Shown here: piece by piece, positions 27,488 to 36,907 of the stretch
Layout: each line of letters opens with the position of its first letter
Position numbering within the stretch: position 1 is the stretch's first letter
Assembly (NCBI GenBank): GCA_016280725.1
Contig: JAEEHF010000049.1
Location: 5,542 to 69,541, forward strand
DNA from: Bacillota bacterium
GTDB taxonomy: Bacteria; Bacillota; Clostridia; TANB77; UBA1234
DNA: 64,000 bases
Direction of reading: 5' to 3'
Notes under the pieces: generated by a model
Seen by the model: the letters and a program-made list of their open reading frames with translations, nothing else
What the model was told of the DNA's origin: nothing
The model's database searches: none
Position numbers and translations under genes: made by a program

Positions 27488-28588
27488 CTAGATATCATAC
27501 AATTCAACCTTATCCCTGTACATAACTGCCAAATTCTTCCCATTATTGTATATGTGCATTTTTTCAATCTTGTTAGACAATCTAATCTTAGATACTATTC
27601 TAGCACGTGTGTTAAATATTGCAATTTCATCTCCAAAATCAACACATATTTTGTCATTTAATGCTTTTAAATCCTCTGGAATATTTTCTACCTCCACTTC
27701 ATATACCTCGTCATCGTATATTTCCAAAGCGATATTTCCTGCCTTATTTCTTCGAATAACCACCGGACATTTTCCATCTGCAGAGGCAAAAAGAACTTCT
27801 GACTCATCTAATTCAACTATTTTTTCAAATCCTATTTCAACATTAAATGTGTATATGTTATCCAAGCAATACGCAACTAACTGATTTTTTTGAAGTATTA
27901 GTTTAATTAATAGTTCATCTTTTGGGAGCTCATACTCCTTCATATATTCTTCCTGAGAACTAGATTTTCCTATTTTGCTCATTTCTACAACTTTTATGGA
28001 AGACTTTATTTTTAGGCCAGACGTATCTACTTGAGCAATATAAAGCATCTTTCCATCATCAGAAATGATTCCTTGGGTAGCGTACGAAGTAGCAAGATAT
28101 GTTGTAAGCTTTTCCTCGCCTATTTGAGATAATACTTTTACTCCGCTTCTGTATCCATTTTGCGTGAATGCAACAACAACATCACCATTTTTACCAATTG
28201 AAATTCTTTTTATTTCTACATTTATTGATGTTTTTGAAACTATTTTTTGATTTTTATAAATATAAATTGTATTAGTGTCCTTAGCATAAACTACCGAATA
28301 ATCACCACAAGAGTCTGTCAAAAACTCACTTGATATTACATCAACACTGTCTACTTTAGTTCCTGCTTTAGAATAAACTCCAATTGTTTTGTTAGTAGCA
28401 ACTATAATATTATTGCAACCTGTAATATCGATTGGAGTATTATCCTTTATATCGTTGCTTTTTTCAATATAAATCCAATCTGCGCCACCAATATATGATT
28501 CGATTTTGTCATAGTTAAAGAAAACAACGAGAGCAAATATGACACATATAAAAATTCCAAGTAATATATATAATATTTTTTTCCACAT
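27488..28588 (-). CDS. Hypothetical membrane-anchored protein, beta-rich extracellular domain
   Basis: One N-terminal TM segment (ILYILLGIFICVIFALVVFF). The remainder has repetitive beta-strand-like segments. No motif was recognised. Confidence 0.6.
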   Translation of the reverse strand: MWKKILYILLGIFICVIFALVVFFNYDKIESYIGGADWIYIEKSNDIKDNTPIDITGCNNIIVATNKTIGVYSKAGTKVDSVDVISSEFLTDSCGDYSVVYAKDTNTIYIYKNQKIVSKTSINVEIKRISIGKNGDVVVAFTQNGYRSGVKVLSQIGEEKLTTYLATSYATQGIISDDGKMLYIAQVDTSGLKIKSSIKVVEMSKIGKSSSQEEYMKEYELPKDELLIKLILQKNQLVAYCLDNIYTFNVEIGFEKIVELDESEVLFASADGKCPVVIRRNKAGNIALEIYDDEVYEVEVENIPEDLKALNDKICVDFGDEIAIFNTRARIVSKIRLSNKIEKMHIYNNGKNLAVMYRDKVELYDI

Positions 28589-28686
28589 TATTTATTCCTC
28601 TTTGATATTTCAAATAATAAAAATGGTACAACTTCTTTTTTCAAAGAAAATTATACCATACCTTGATTTTTAGTCAAAAAATATTA

Positions 28687-29490
28687 TTAGTCTATGGAAA
28701 GCTTACGCATTGCAAAAGTAACGAAATATATAATGCTTGAAACAAGCACTATTGTTGGTCCTGTTGAAATACCAGCTATATAAGAGATTATAAGCCCTGC
28801 AACTCCAGAAACAACAGAAAAAACCACTGCCCACAAATGATATGTTCTCATATTTTTTGATATGTTTCTGCTCGATGCGGCTGGAAGTATTAAAAGCGAA
28901 TTAATAATTAAAATTCCAACCCACTTTATAGACATCATTACTACTATTGCTACTAATGAAACAAAAATATTCTCAATGAGTTTAACCTTTATTCCTTTAC
29001 TTTTTGCAAGTGTTGGATTAACAGATATTCCCAGAAGTTTATTAAAACAAATTGCCCAGAATGCTATTAAAACAACCGCAATTATTAATAAATAAATAAT
29101 TTCACTTGGAAGAATATTTAATATATCTCCAATTAAATAATTTGATATTTCTGTGTAATTTCCATTTTGAGCAAGAATAACAAGGCCAAGAGCAATTGCT
29201 GTAGATGAGAAAACACTTATGATTGTATCTTTAGATGCAATTCTTGAATCATTTATTCTATTAAGCAAAATGGCAAATAATACTGCAAAAATAACCATAG
29301 AAATAGTGTTATTAGATATGCCAAGTAACATTCCAATTGCAATTCCAGTAAATGCACTATGACCTAATGCATCAGAGAAAAATGCCATTTTATTATTTAC
29401 GATCATTGTTCCAATTAAGCCAAAAAGTGGTGAAATAATTAGAATTGAAACTAATGCATTACGCATAAAATCATAGTCTAACATATTCAT
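28687..29490 (-). CDS. Metal (Zn/Mn) ABC transporter permease, ZnuB/TroC-like
   Basis: 267 aa with 8-9 TM helices and ABC-3 family features (FFSDALGHSAFTG). Confidence 0.85.
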   Translation of the reverse strand: MNMLDYDFMRNALVSILIISPLFGLIGTMIVNNKMAFFSDALGHSAFTGIAIGMLLGISNNTISMVIFAVLFAILLNRINDSRIASKDTIISVFSSTAIALGLVILAQNGNYTEISNYLIGDILNILPSEIIYLLIIAVVLIAFWAICFNKLLGISVNPTLAKSKGIKVKLIENIFVSLVAIVVMMSIKWVGILIINSLLILPAASSRNISKNMRTYHLWAVVFSVVSGVAGLIISYIAGISTGPTIVLVSSIIYFVTFAMRKLSID

Positions 29491-29517
29491 AATGTTTTCT
29501 CTCCTTTCTTTAATGAT

Positions 29518-30237
29518 TTATACTTCTCCAAATGTATCCTTAAAAACTTTAGAACTAAACACTTCATCAGGTGTACCGTCTAAAAGCACTTTTTTATCAA
29601 GCATTACAACTTTATCTGCATATTTCTTTACATACCCAAAATCATGCGAAACAAGTATAATTGCTAAATCGTGATCTTTTTTTAGCTCATTTATTCTGCT
29701 ATAAAACTGCTCTTTTCCTTTCATATCCATCCCAGAAATTGGCTCATCTAATATCAATAAATCAGGATAAGGGATTGTAGCAATACCCATTAAAACTCTT
29801 TGAAGTTCTCCTCCAGAAAGCCTAGCCACCTTGCTATCTATAAGATTATCCGCGCCAAATTCTTTTAGATGTTCTTTTATTTCTTCATGAAGTTTTTTAT
29901 CTTTGTATAAGAAAACTGGCTTATTAGAACAAAGAGAAGCTGCCATGTCATATACAGTCATAGGTGAATTTTCAATATTTAACTTTTGTGGAACATACCC
30001 AATTTTTATTGTCCTACTTCCATCAACTTTGTTTTTGTATTCAATAGTACCAGAGTGTTTAATTTCGCCAAGAAGCGCTCTTAAAAGCGTAGATTTTCCA
30101 GCACCGTTTTTCCCAATTAAAACTGTTAAGCTTCCACAATGAATGTGAAGGCTAACGTTATCTAATATTAAGTCGCTTCCAGCAGTATATGAAATATTAT
30201 TGATTTTTGTACAACAGTCTCCACAGCTTCCGCTCAT
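29518..30237 (-). CDS. Metal ABC transporter ATP-binding protein, ZnuC-like
   Basis: Walker A GKNGAGKST, signature LSGGELQR, Walker B LLILDEP. Confidence 0.9.
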   Translation of the reverse strand: MSGSCGDCCTKINNISYTAGSDLILDNVSLHIHCGSLTVLIGKNGAGKSTLLRALLGEIKHSGTIEYKNKVDGSRTIKIGYVPQKLNIENSPMTVYDMAASLCSNKPVFLYKDKKLHEEIKEHLKEFGADNLIDSKVARLSGGELQRVLMGIATIPYPDLLILDEPISGMDMKGKEQFYSRINELKKDHDLAIILVSHDFGYVKKYADKVVMLDKKVLLDGTPDEVFSSKVFKDTFGEV

Positions 30238-30255
30238 ATAATTTCATCCTTTCTT

Positions 30256-31134
30256 TTATGATAATGCTTCGACAAGTGTATTTAAATTTTGCTCCATTGT
30301 CGTAATATATGCATCTTTATTGAACTCACCTGTAACAACAGGATCTAGTGTGTATACATTTACATTGGTCTCTCTAGCAATAGTATCTGCAGCCGTCCTT
30401 GAATACTGTGGCTCAACAAATATTGCTTTAACGTCTTTACTTTTAACCAATTCAATTATATCTGCTACTTCTTTACTGCTAGGATACGTGCCCGGCTCTC
30501 TTTCGATAACTGCAACAATATCTAGATTAAATTCATCTGCAAAATATGAAAAAGCTTCATGAAACGTTATTATATTTTTACTAGATATACTATCTAACGC
30601 ATTATGCATTTTATTTTTTAATGTTTCAAGTTTTGATATATATTCTTTTGCATTTTTTTCATACAATGTGGCATTGCTTGGATCGATTTCGCATAATACC
30701 TTCGAAACGCTTTTTACTTGTTCAATGTATAAAGAAATGCTCACCCAATAATGTGAGTTGTCATCATCAGTTTTAACAATTTGTGACTCGAACTCATTAC
30801 TTGCATCAATTACTTTTAAATCTTTATAAAGTGATGTAGCCTTTTCTATAAAACTTTCCATTCCACCGCCGTTAGCAATTAGAACATCTGCATGGCTAAG
30901 CTTTACCATGTCATTAGTCGTTATTTGATAATCATGCAAACATCCTGCTTGATTTGACGTAAGGTTTGTAAGTTCAACATTGTTTGCCCCATCTACAATA
31001 TTAGAAGTAAGAATGTACATTGGATAAAACGATGTAACTATATTAACTTTAGAATCATCAAATGAAGTGTCCTGACATCCTGCAATCATAATTACAAGAG
31101 TAAGAATTGCCACCATTTTTAGCATTATTTTCAT
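30256..31134 (-). CDS. Metal ABC transporter substrate-binding lipoprotein, ZnuA/TroA cluster A-I
   Basis: Lipobox IMIAGC. ZnuA-like fold markers (TSFYPMY, HDYQ, HEAFSYF). The start is placed at ATG 31134, which has an AGGAG RBS; the track start at 31155 has none. Confidence 0.85.
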   Translation of the reverse strand: MKIMLKMVAILTLVIMIAGCQDTSFDDSKVNIVTSFYPMYILTSNIVDGANNVELTNLTSNQAGCLHDYQITTNDMVKLSHADVLIANGGGMESFIEKATSLYKDLKVIDASNEFESQIVKTDDDNSHYWVSISLYIEQVKSVSKVLCEIDPSNATLYEKNAKEYISKLETLKNKMHNALDSISSKNIITFHEAFSYFADEFNLDIVAVIEREPGTYPSSKEVADIIELVKSKDVKAIFVEPQYSRTAADTIARETNVNVYTLDPVVTGEFNKDAYITTMEQNLNTLVEALS

Positions 31135-31176
31135 ATAATCTGCTCCTACTTTCATTATTGCTTTTTTAATCGCTTA

Positions 31177-31205
31177 AGTATACCACTTTGGCTTGATTAT
31201 GTCAA
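31177..31205 (-). promoter_or_regulatory. Sigma-A promoter of the znu-like operon
   Basis: On the minus strand: TTGACA, 17 nt, TATACT, with an extended -10 TG (gTGgTATACT). Confidence 0.65.
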
Positions 31206-31227
31206 TTTGTAGCGGGTTTCCTGGACC

Positions 31228-31320
31228 TGACCTGTCCCCAAAAACCTTGTAAGCAGGTCTAACTGTCGTGTCCCCAAAAACCTGGTGAGCAGGTGTGACC
31301 GTCGTGTCCCCAAAAACCTG
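31228..31320. repeat. Family 2 GC-rich repeat: about 2.5 tandem copies of a 36-bp unit (TGTCCCCAAAAACCTgGTgAGCAGGT.T.AC.GTCG)
   Basis: TGTCCCC starts at 31233, 31269 and 31305, an exact 36-bp period. Each unit holds the small hairpin ACCTG-n5-CAGGT. Confidence 0.85.
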
Positions 31321-31333
31321 CATTCAAAAGTTC

Positions 31334-31361
31334 AAAAAAGCACACTGAAAGTGCGCTTTTT
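31334..31361 (-). terminator. Intrinsic terminator after rpe
   Basis: On the minus strand: AAAAAGCGCACT-ttc-AGTGTGCTTTTTT. Confidence 0.8.
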
Positions 31362-31365
31362 GTCA

Positions 31366-32025
31366 TTATTCTTTTATTATTTTTCCGGCTTCTAATGGAT
31401 CTTCATCTTCAAATAAGCCTGTTCCTACAACAATTAGTGAAGCTCCACGTTCTTTAACATCCTTGGCATTTTCTTTTGTTATTCCACCATCAACCTCAAT
31501 GATACCAGTAAATCCCATCTTTTTGACGTTTTCAATCTTGTCTAAAGTGCTAGGAATCAGTGCTTGTCCACCATAACCAGGTTCTACTGTCATAACTAGT
31601 ATTAAATCTACTTTTCTTAGAATACTTCTAAGAAGGTTCTCTGTAGTATTTGGTTTAATCGCTATTCCAACTTTTGCTCCAAATCCTCGTATTTCCGCGG
31701 CTATTCTTTCAAATTTTTCCATATTGACTGTCATTGTTTTAGTATCAATTATTGTCTCTATGTGAAAAGTGATAATTGAAGCACCATCATAATTTGATAA
31801 CTCTCTTTCTGGCTCTTCAACCATAAGATGAACATCAAGTGGTTTTGTTTCAAACCTTTTTGCATTTTTAAACATATCTATACCAGGTGTTTTATTTGAA
31901 ACGAAAATACCATCCATTACATCTATATGAATGTAATCTATTACATCTTTGAGCTCAGCAATTTTACTGTGGAGTTCAAGTTGTCTAACATTCAATATTG
32001 ATGCAGAAAGCATATTATCACTCAT
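31366..32025 (-). CDS. rpe: Ribulose-phosphate 3-epimerase
   Basis: HIDVMDGIFV, MTVEPGYGGQ and VDGGI motifs. The start is set at MSDNML (32025), so the gene no longer overlaps rsgA by 60 nt. Confidence 0.9.
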   Translation of the reverse strand: MSDNMLSASILNVRQLELHSKIAELKDVIDYIHIDVMDGIFVSNKTPGIDMFKNAKRFETKPLDVHLMVEEPERELSNYDGASIITFHIETIIDTKTMTVNMEKFERIAAEIRGFGAKVGIAIKPNTTENLLRSILRKVDLILVMTVEPGYGGQALIPSTLDKIENVKKMGFTGIIEVDGGITKENAKDVKERGASLIVVGTGLFEDEDPLEAGKIIKE

Positions 32026-32047
32026 TTCTTTTTTCACCCTCTTACTT

Positions 32048-32905
32048 CTACCACTTCTTATTTTCTTTAATATTTTCATAAAATTTACAGTACCTTGCAT
32101 ATCGACCAAAGTCTATTTTTCTATCCTCAGCTGCCTGTCTTACTGCGCATTTCCTTTCCTTTATATGAGAGCATCCTCGAAACTCACAATTGCCAATAAA
32201 TGGAATAAACTCTATAAACAATTTATCAAGTTCTGTGCAAGATATATCTTGTATTTCATAAGTTGAAAATCCCGGTGTATCTGCTATATATGTTCCGGGT
32301 GCAATCTTGTATAATTCCACAAACTTTGTCGTGTGCTTGCCACGTTCACTCTTTTCAGAAACTTCTCCTTCTTCAGAAACAGTATCATTGAAAAGATTAT
32401 TTGTAAGTGCCGATTTGCCGACTCCTGAATTGCCAGTAAAAGCAGTGATTTTGTTATTCAAAAATGATGCAAGTTTTTCTACTCCTATTCCATTTTTAGC
32501 ATCAGTTGTTACAACTTGATATCCGATTTTCTCATAGGTTTTAACTAGTTCTTCATACTCATTGGAAAGATCTATTTTATTAATACATATAAGTGGCATC
32601 ACATTCTTCTTTTCCGCCATTATTAGTTGCTTGTCTAGAAGTTCCATATCTGGACTTGGATTTGTTGTCGCAACGACAATTACAAGTTGATCGATATTTG
32701 CAATTGATGGTCTAATGAATTCATTTTTCCTTTCGTAGACTTTTTCAATTACATCACCTTTAACTTCAACAACATCTCCAGTAATGATATTTGATTTTTT
32801 GAATTTTAATAATCCTTTAGCTTTGCAATCAATAGTATCATTCCCAATATCTACTTTATAAAGATCTGAATTAACCTTTACAACAGTTCCTTTAATTTTT
32901 CTCAC
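32048..32905 (-). CDS. rsgA: Ribosome small-subunit-dependent GTPase A
   Basis: N-terminal OB domain, circularly permuted GTPase (NKIDL ... GNSGVGKS), and a C-terminal Zn finger CEFRGCSHIKERKC. Confidence 0.92.
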   Translation of the reverse strand: MRKIKGTVVKVNSDLYKVDIGNDTIDCKAKGLLKFKKSNIITGDVVEVKGDVIEKVYERKNEFIRPSIANIDQLVIVVATTNPSPDMELLDKQLIMAEKKNVMPLICINKIDLSNEYEELVKTYEKIGYQVVTTDAKNGIGVEKLASFLNNKITAFTGNSGVGKSALTNNLFNDTVSEEGEVSEKSERGKHTTKFVELYKIAPGTYIADTPGFSTYEIQDISCTELDKLFIEFIPFIGNCEFRGCSHIKERKCAVRQAAEDRKIDFGRYARYCKFYENIKENKKW

Positions 32906-32908
32906 ATC

Positions 32909-34960
32909 CTAATCTTGAATCATAAGTTCTGAATCTAATACGTCATCAATATAAACTCTTATCATGCCAGTTGCATCGGCAGGATAAGTAACTATAACTT
33001 GTTGGTCTCCACGTTTATGCTCTTGATTATATACTACTTTTCTTCCTTTTATATCTCCGTTTAATTCAACTCTAACATTAAATGTTTCTCTACTTCCTTT
33101 GTTTACTAAGCTTAATGTCAAGCTCTTCGTTCCGACTGGTGCTAAAGTAGGAATCGGTGTTGGTGAAAAAGTTACAACTGGTTTTGATGTAGGAGCTTGT
33201 GTAGGATTATTAGTAGGTACTGGCGTAGGTGTTGTATCCTCTGGCGAAATCTTGTTGTAAACAAGTGTTACTTCTGTTTTAACTTTAACCTTTTCCTTAG
33301 CATTAATACTTTGACTAATTAATACTCCTTCTTCTTTATCTGGAGAACTTGAATACTTAATTACTGGAACAAGTTCTAGTCCATCCAGAATATTTCTAGC
33401 TTCAGCCTCTTTTACGTCAAACAAGTCTGGCATATATACCATGTCCTCTGGAAGCCCTTTACTTACATATACGCTAACTTTTTCTCCAGTGTATGTTTCT
33501 TCGCCAGCTTTAGGATCTTGCCTAATTACTTTATTAATTTCGACCTCATCATTTTCTTCTTCTATAACGATAATATCAAGATTAACATCTCGTAGTGCTT
33601 TTGTTGCAGCTGTTACTGAAAAGTTTGATACATCTGGAACAGTAACTTTTTCTTGACCAGCACTTAATGTAAGGTCTATTGTAGTACCAACTGTAATTTC
33701 CTCACCTGAAACAAATTTTTGCTTTATGACATATCCTCTTGGAAATTCACTATCTAAATATCCGGCTATTTGAACTTCAAAGCCCAAGTTATTTAAAATT
33801 AGTCTTGCCTTCTCTTCACTTGACCCAATTACATTTGGAACTACTGCTGTTTTAGTAGGTTCCATTAATGTGTCAAATACTAGCTTACTTCCAAAAACAA
33901 CTAGAGCAAAAAATAAAATAGCAAGTATAACTTTTAATAATAGTCCAACTATTCCTGAAGAATGTTTAACTTTCTTTCTAGCTTTTTTCATATTTATACC
34001 ATTATTCTTATCTGACGAAATAGAATTTGTTCTTTTACTATAGTCCATGTTTTTATTAATTGGCTTGCTAACTGTTGGAATTCTCTGTGTTGCATAAAGA
34101 GATTCATCAGCTTCTCTTCCAACTCCTGATGCATCAGGAGTTTTAATTATTGTTTGCAAGTCATTATAAAGTTGCATTGCATTTGAGTATCTACTAACTA
34201 CTTCTCTACTCATTGCCTTCATAATAATGTCATTTAATCCATCAGGTATTTCTGGCACTAGTTTTTTAGGCTCAACTGCATCATCTTTAAGATGCTTCAT
34301 TGCAACAACAACTGCACTATCACCGTCAAATGGAAGTTTACCTGTAACCATCTCATAAAGAACAATACCTAATGAATAAATATCTGATTTTTCATCAGTG
34401 TATCCACCTCTAGCATGCTCTGGAGAAAAATAGTGTACGCTTCCCAATGAACTTGATTTAGCATTTATAGTACTAGATGAAGCAGCCTTAGCTATTCCAA
34501 AGTCAGTTATCTTAGCAATACCTTCTTTAGTAATAATTATATTATGTGGTTTAATATCTCTGTGGATAATATGATTTTTATGAGCCGTAGAAAGACCTGC
34601 TGCAATCTGCGAGCCAACTTTAGCAGCTTTTTTCCAGTCAAGTCTCCCTTCTTTTTGAATAATATCTTTTAGAGTTCTACCTTCAACTAACTCCATAACT
34701 ATAAAATGAACATCGCCATCATTGGCAACATCATATATAGATACGATGTTTGGTTGTGATAATGACGCAGCTGATTGAGCCTCAATTTGAAATCTCTTAA
34801 TGAACTCTTGATCAGTTGCGAACTCATCCTTAAGAACTTTAATGGCAACATACCTGTTTAGTTTGTTATCTCTAGCTTTGTATACAGTGGCCATTCCACC
34901 CACGCCAACTTTTTCAAGAATTTCGTATCTGTTTATAAGTGTTCTTCCTACCAATTCCAT
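32909..34960 (-). CDS. prkC: Ser/Thr protein kinase with PASTA repeats
   Basis: Hanks kinase motifs (GGMATVYKA, HRDIKPHN, DFG, SPE), one TM segment, three PASTA-like repeats, a Pro/Thr linker and a C-terminal beta domain. Confidence 0.93.
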   Translation of the reverse strand: MELVGRTLINRYEILEKVGVGGMATVYKARDNKLNRYVAIKVLKDEFATDQEFIKRFQIEAQSAASLSQPNIVSIYDVANDGDVHFIVMELVEGRTLKDIIQKEGRLDWKKAAKVGSQIAAGLSTAHKNHIIHRDIKPHNIIITKEGIAKITDFGIAKAASSSTINAKSSSLGSVHYFSPEHARGGYTDEKSDIYSLGIVLYEMVTGKLPFDGDSAVVVAMKHLKDDAVEPKKLVPEIPDGLNDIIMKAMSREVVSRYSNAMQLYNDLQTIIKTPDASGVGREADESLYATQRIPTVSKPINKNMDYSKRTNSISSDKNNGINMKKARKKVKHSSGIVGLLLKVILAILFFALVVFGSKLVFDTLMEPTKTAVVPNVIGSSEEKARLILNNLGFEVQIAGYLDSEFPRGYVIKQKFVSGEEITVGTTIDLTLSAGQEKVTVPDVSNFSVTAATKALRDVNLDIIVIEEENDEVEINKVIRQDPKAGEETYTGEKVSVYVSKGLPEDMVYMPDLFDVKEAEARNILDGLELVPVIKYSSSPDKEEGVLISQSINAKEKVKVKTEVTLVYNKISPEDTTPTPVPTNNPTQAPTSKPVVTFSPTPIPTLAPVGTKSLTLSLVNKGSRETFNVRVELNGDIKGRKVVYNQEHKRGDQQVIVTYPADATGMIRVYIDDVLDSELMIQD

Positions 34961-34985
34961 GACTTTACCCCCAAGTAAAGAAGTT

Positions 34986-35723
34986 TTAATTTGAAATAAT
35001 TATTGCACTAACATTATCTTTTCCGCCGTTTTTGTTTGCTTTTTCAATAAGTTTCTTACATGCAATATTTATATCATATATATTTTTCATTATTATTTCG
35101 TAAATATATTGGTCATCAACCATATTGGTTAGACCATCAGAGCACATCAGAATAATGTCCCCTTTAACAAAACCTTTTGTAATAATATCAGGTTTAATCC
35201 TTCTTTCACAGCCAAGAACTTTTGTTAAGGCGTTTTTCTGCGGATGCGTTTTAGCTTCTTCCTCCGTAATTGCGCCTTGCTTAACAAGTTCTTGAACATA
35301 AGAATGATCTTTTGTTATCTGTCTTAAAACGTTTTGTCGTAATCTATACACTCTACTATCACCAATATGACCAATATGAATTCGTCCTCTATATATCAAG
35401 ACAACAATAAGCGTTGTGCCCATTCCCTTTAACTTAGGGTCATTATTACCTGCTTCGAACACTTTTGAATTAGCATAATTCATAGCATTTCGAATAAGTT
35501 CTTCCAAACCAACTTTTGTTCTTTCTATTTTTATAAAATTCTTCTTTATATAATCCCTTGCACTTTTAGACGCAATTTTACTTGCTTCTTCACCGCCGTT
35601 TACACCACCCATTCCATCTGCAAGTACAAAAAGCTTCATGCTTTCATCTTCGTTAGGAACGCTAATAGTGTCTTCGTTAAGTTCCCTAACCAGTCCAATA
35701 TCCGTAAGTCCACAAAAACGCAT
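34986..35723 (-). CDS. prpC: PP2C-family Ser/Thr phosphatase
   Basis: NEDT, LADGMGG and DGLTN motifs. It lies directly upstream of prkC. Confidence 0.92.
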   Translation of the reverse strand: MRFCGLTDIGLVRELNEDTISVPNEDESMKLFVLADGMGGVNGGEEASKIASKSARDYIKKNFIKIERTKVGLEELIRNAMNYANSKVFEAGNNDPKLKGMGTTLIVVLIYRGRIHIGHIGDSRVYRLRQNVLRQITKDHSYVQELVKQGAITEEEAKTHPQKNALTKVLGCERRIKPDIITKGFVKGDIILMCSDGLTNMVDDQYIYEIIMKNIYDINIACKKLIEKANKNGGKDNVSAIIISN

Positions 35724-35858
35724 TATTGCTCACCTCTGCCTTCATTTTAATTAATTCTGTGCCAAACAAAATAATTAACAGACTTGTTTATATAACACAA
35801 CTTACATCACCATTATATATTTAATAATTTCTAATATCAATCATTTTGGTTATGCTAT

Positions 35859-36887
35859 TTACACGTCTTGTTTTTGCTGTCTAACAAGTTGTCCACATGC
35901 CGCACTAATATCCGAACCAAGTTCTCTTCTAATAGTTGCTACAATACCATTATCATTAAGTGTATCCCTAAATGACATTATTTTTTCTGTTGAGCTCTTT
36001 TCATAAATCCCATCTTTAATTTTATTAATTGGAATCAAATTTACATGTGCAAGCATTCCCTTTAATAGTTTTGCCAAATGTAGTGCATCTTCTTTTGAAT
36101 CATTTACACCATCAACAAGTGCATACTCAAAAGTAATTCTTCTATTTGTCTTTTCAATATAATACTTACATGCATCTATTACTTCAGCAATACTATACTT
36201 TTTATTTATTGGCATCATTGAACTTCTAACATCATCCTTACTACTATGCAACGATATGCATAGATTACATTGAAGCTCTATTTCATCAGCAAGTTGCCTG
36301 ATCTTAGGCACTATTCCACAAGTAGATATACTTATATGTCTTGCTCCAATATTAAATCCTTTTGGGTCATTTATTATCTTTATTGCCCTCATTACATTAT
36401 CATAATTATCAAGAGGTTCGCCTATTCCCATGAATACAACATTTGAGATTTTTTCGCCAGTCTGTCTTTCTATTTCAAGTATTTGTGAAATAATTTCTCC
36501 CGAAGTTAGGCTCCTAACAAATCCAATCCTTGCAGATGCGCAAAAATTGCAACCCATTCTGCATCCAACTTGGTTTGATACACATGCTGTATTTCCGTAT
36601 TTATACTTCATCATAACGCTTTCTATTGCATTTCCATCTCTAAGTATAAATAAAAACTTAACTGTTCCATCTTTTGACTTTTGGCTCTTTGAATCTACAA
36701 TATTTTCAATGTAATAATTCTCACTTAATTTTGCTATCAGTTCTTTTGAAAGATCTGTCATTTCGCTAAAACTAGTAACACCTCTAAATAGCCAGGCAAA
36801 AATTTGTTTTGCCCTATACTTTTTCTCTCCAATGCTTACTAATTCCTCTTCTAATTCTGCCAAAGTAAAATCTCTAATATTTTTCAT
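35859..36887 (-). CDS. rlmN: 23S rRNA/tRNA (adenine-C2)-methyltransferase, radical SAM
   Basis: CRMGCNFCAS radical-SAM motif and the C-terminal catalytic Cys in SAACGQL. Confidence 0.92.
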   Translation of the reverse strand: MKNIRDFTLAELEEELVSIGEKKYRAKQIFAWLFRGVTSFSEMTDLSKELIAKLSENYYIENIVDSKSQKSKDGTVKFLFILRDGNAIESVMMKYKYGNTACVSNQVGCRMGCNFCASARIGFVRSLTSGEIISQILEIERQTGEKISNVVFMGIGEPLDNYDNVMRAIKIINDPKGFNIGARHISISTCGIVPKIRQLADEIELQCNLCISLHSSKDDVRSSMMPINKKYSIAEVIDACKYYIEKTNRRITFEYALVDGVNDSKEDALHLAKLLKGMLAHVNLIPINKIKDGIYEKSSTEKIMSFRDTLNDNGIVATIRRELGSDISAACGQLVRQQKQDV

Positions 36888-36907
36888 GGTTTCACCCCCC
36901 TCTACTT

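Noticed and set aside
31228-31320. Possible CRISPR array, suggested by regularly spaced GC-rich repeats.
   Set aside because: There are only about 2.5 units. The period is 36 bp in total, so repeat plus spacer would each be under 20 bp. The spacer portions are themselves conserved between units. No cas genes or leader are present.
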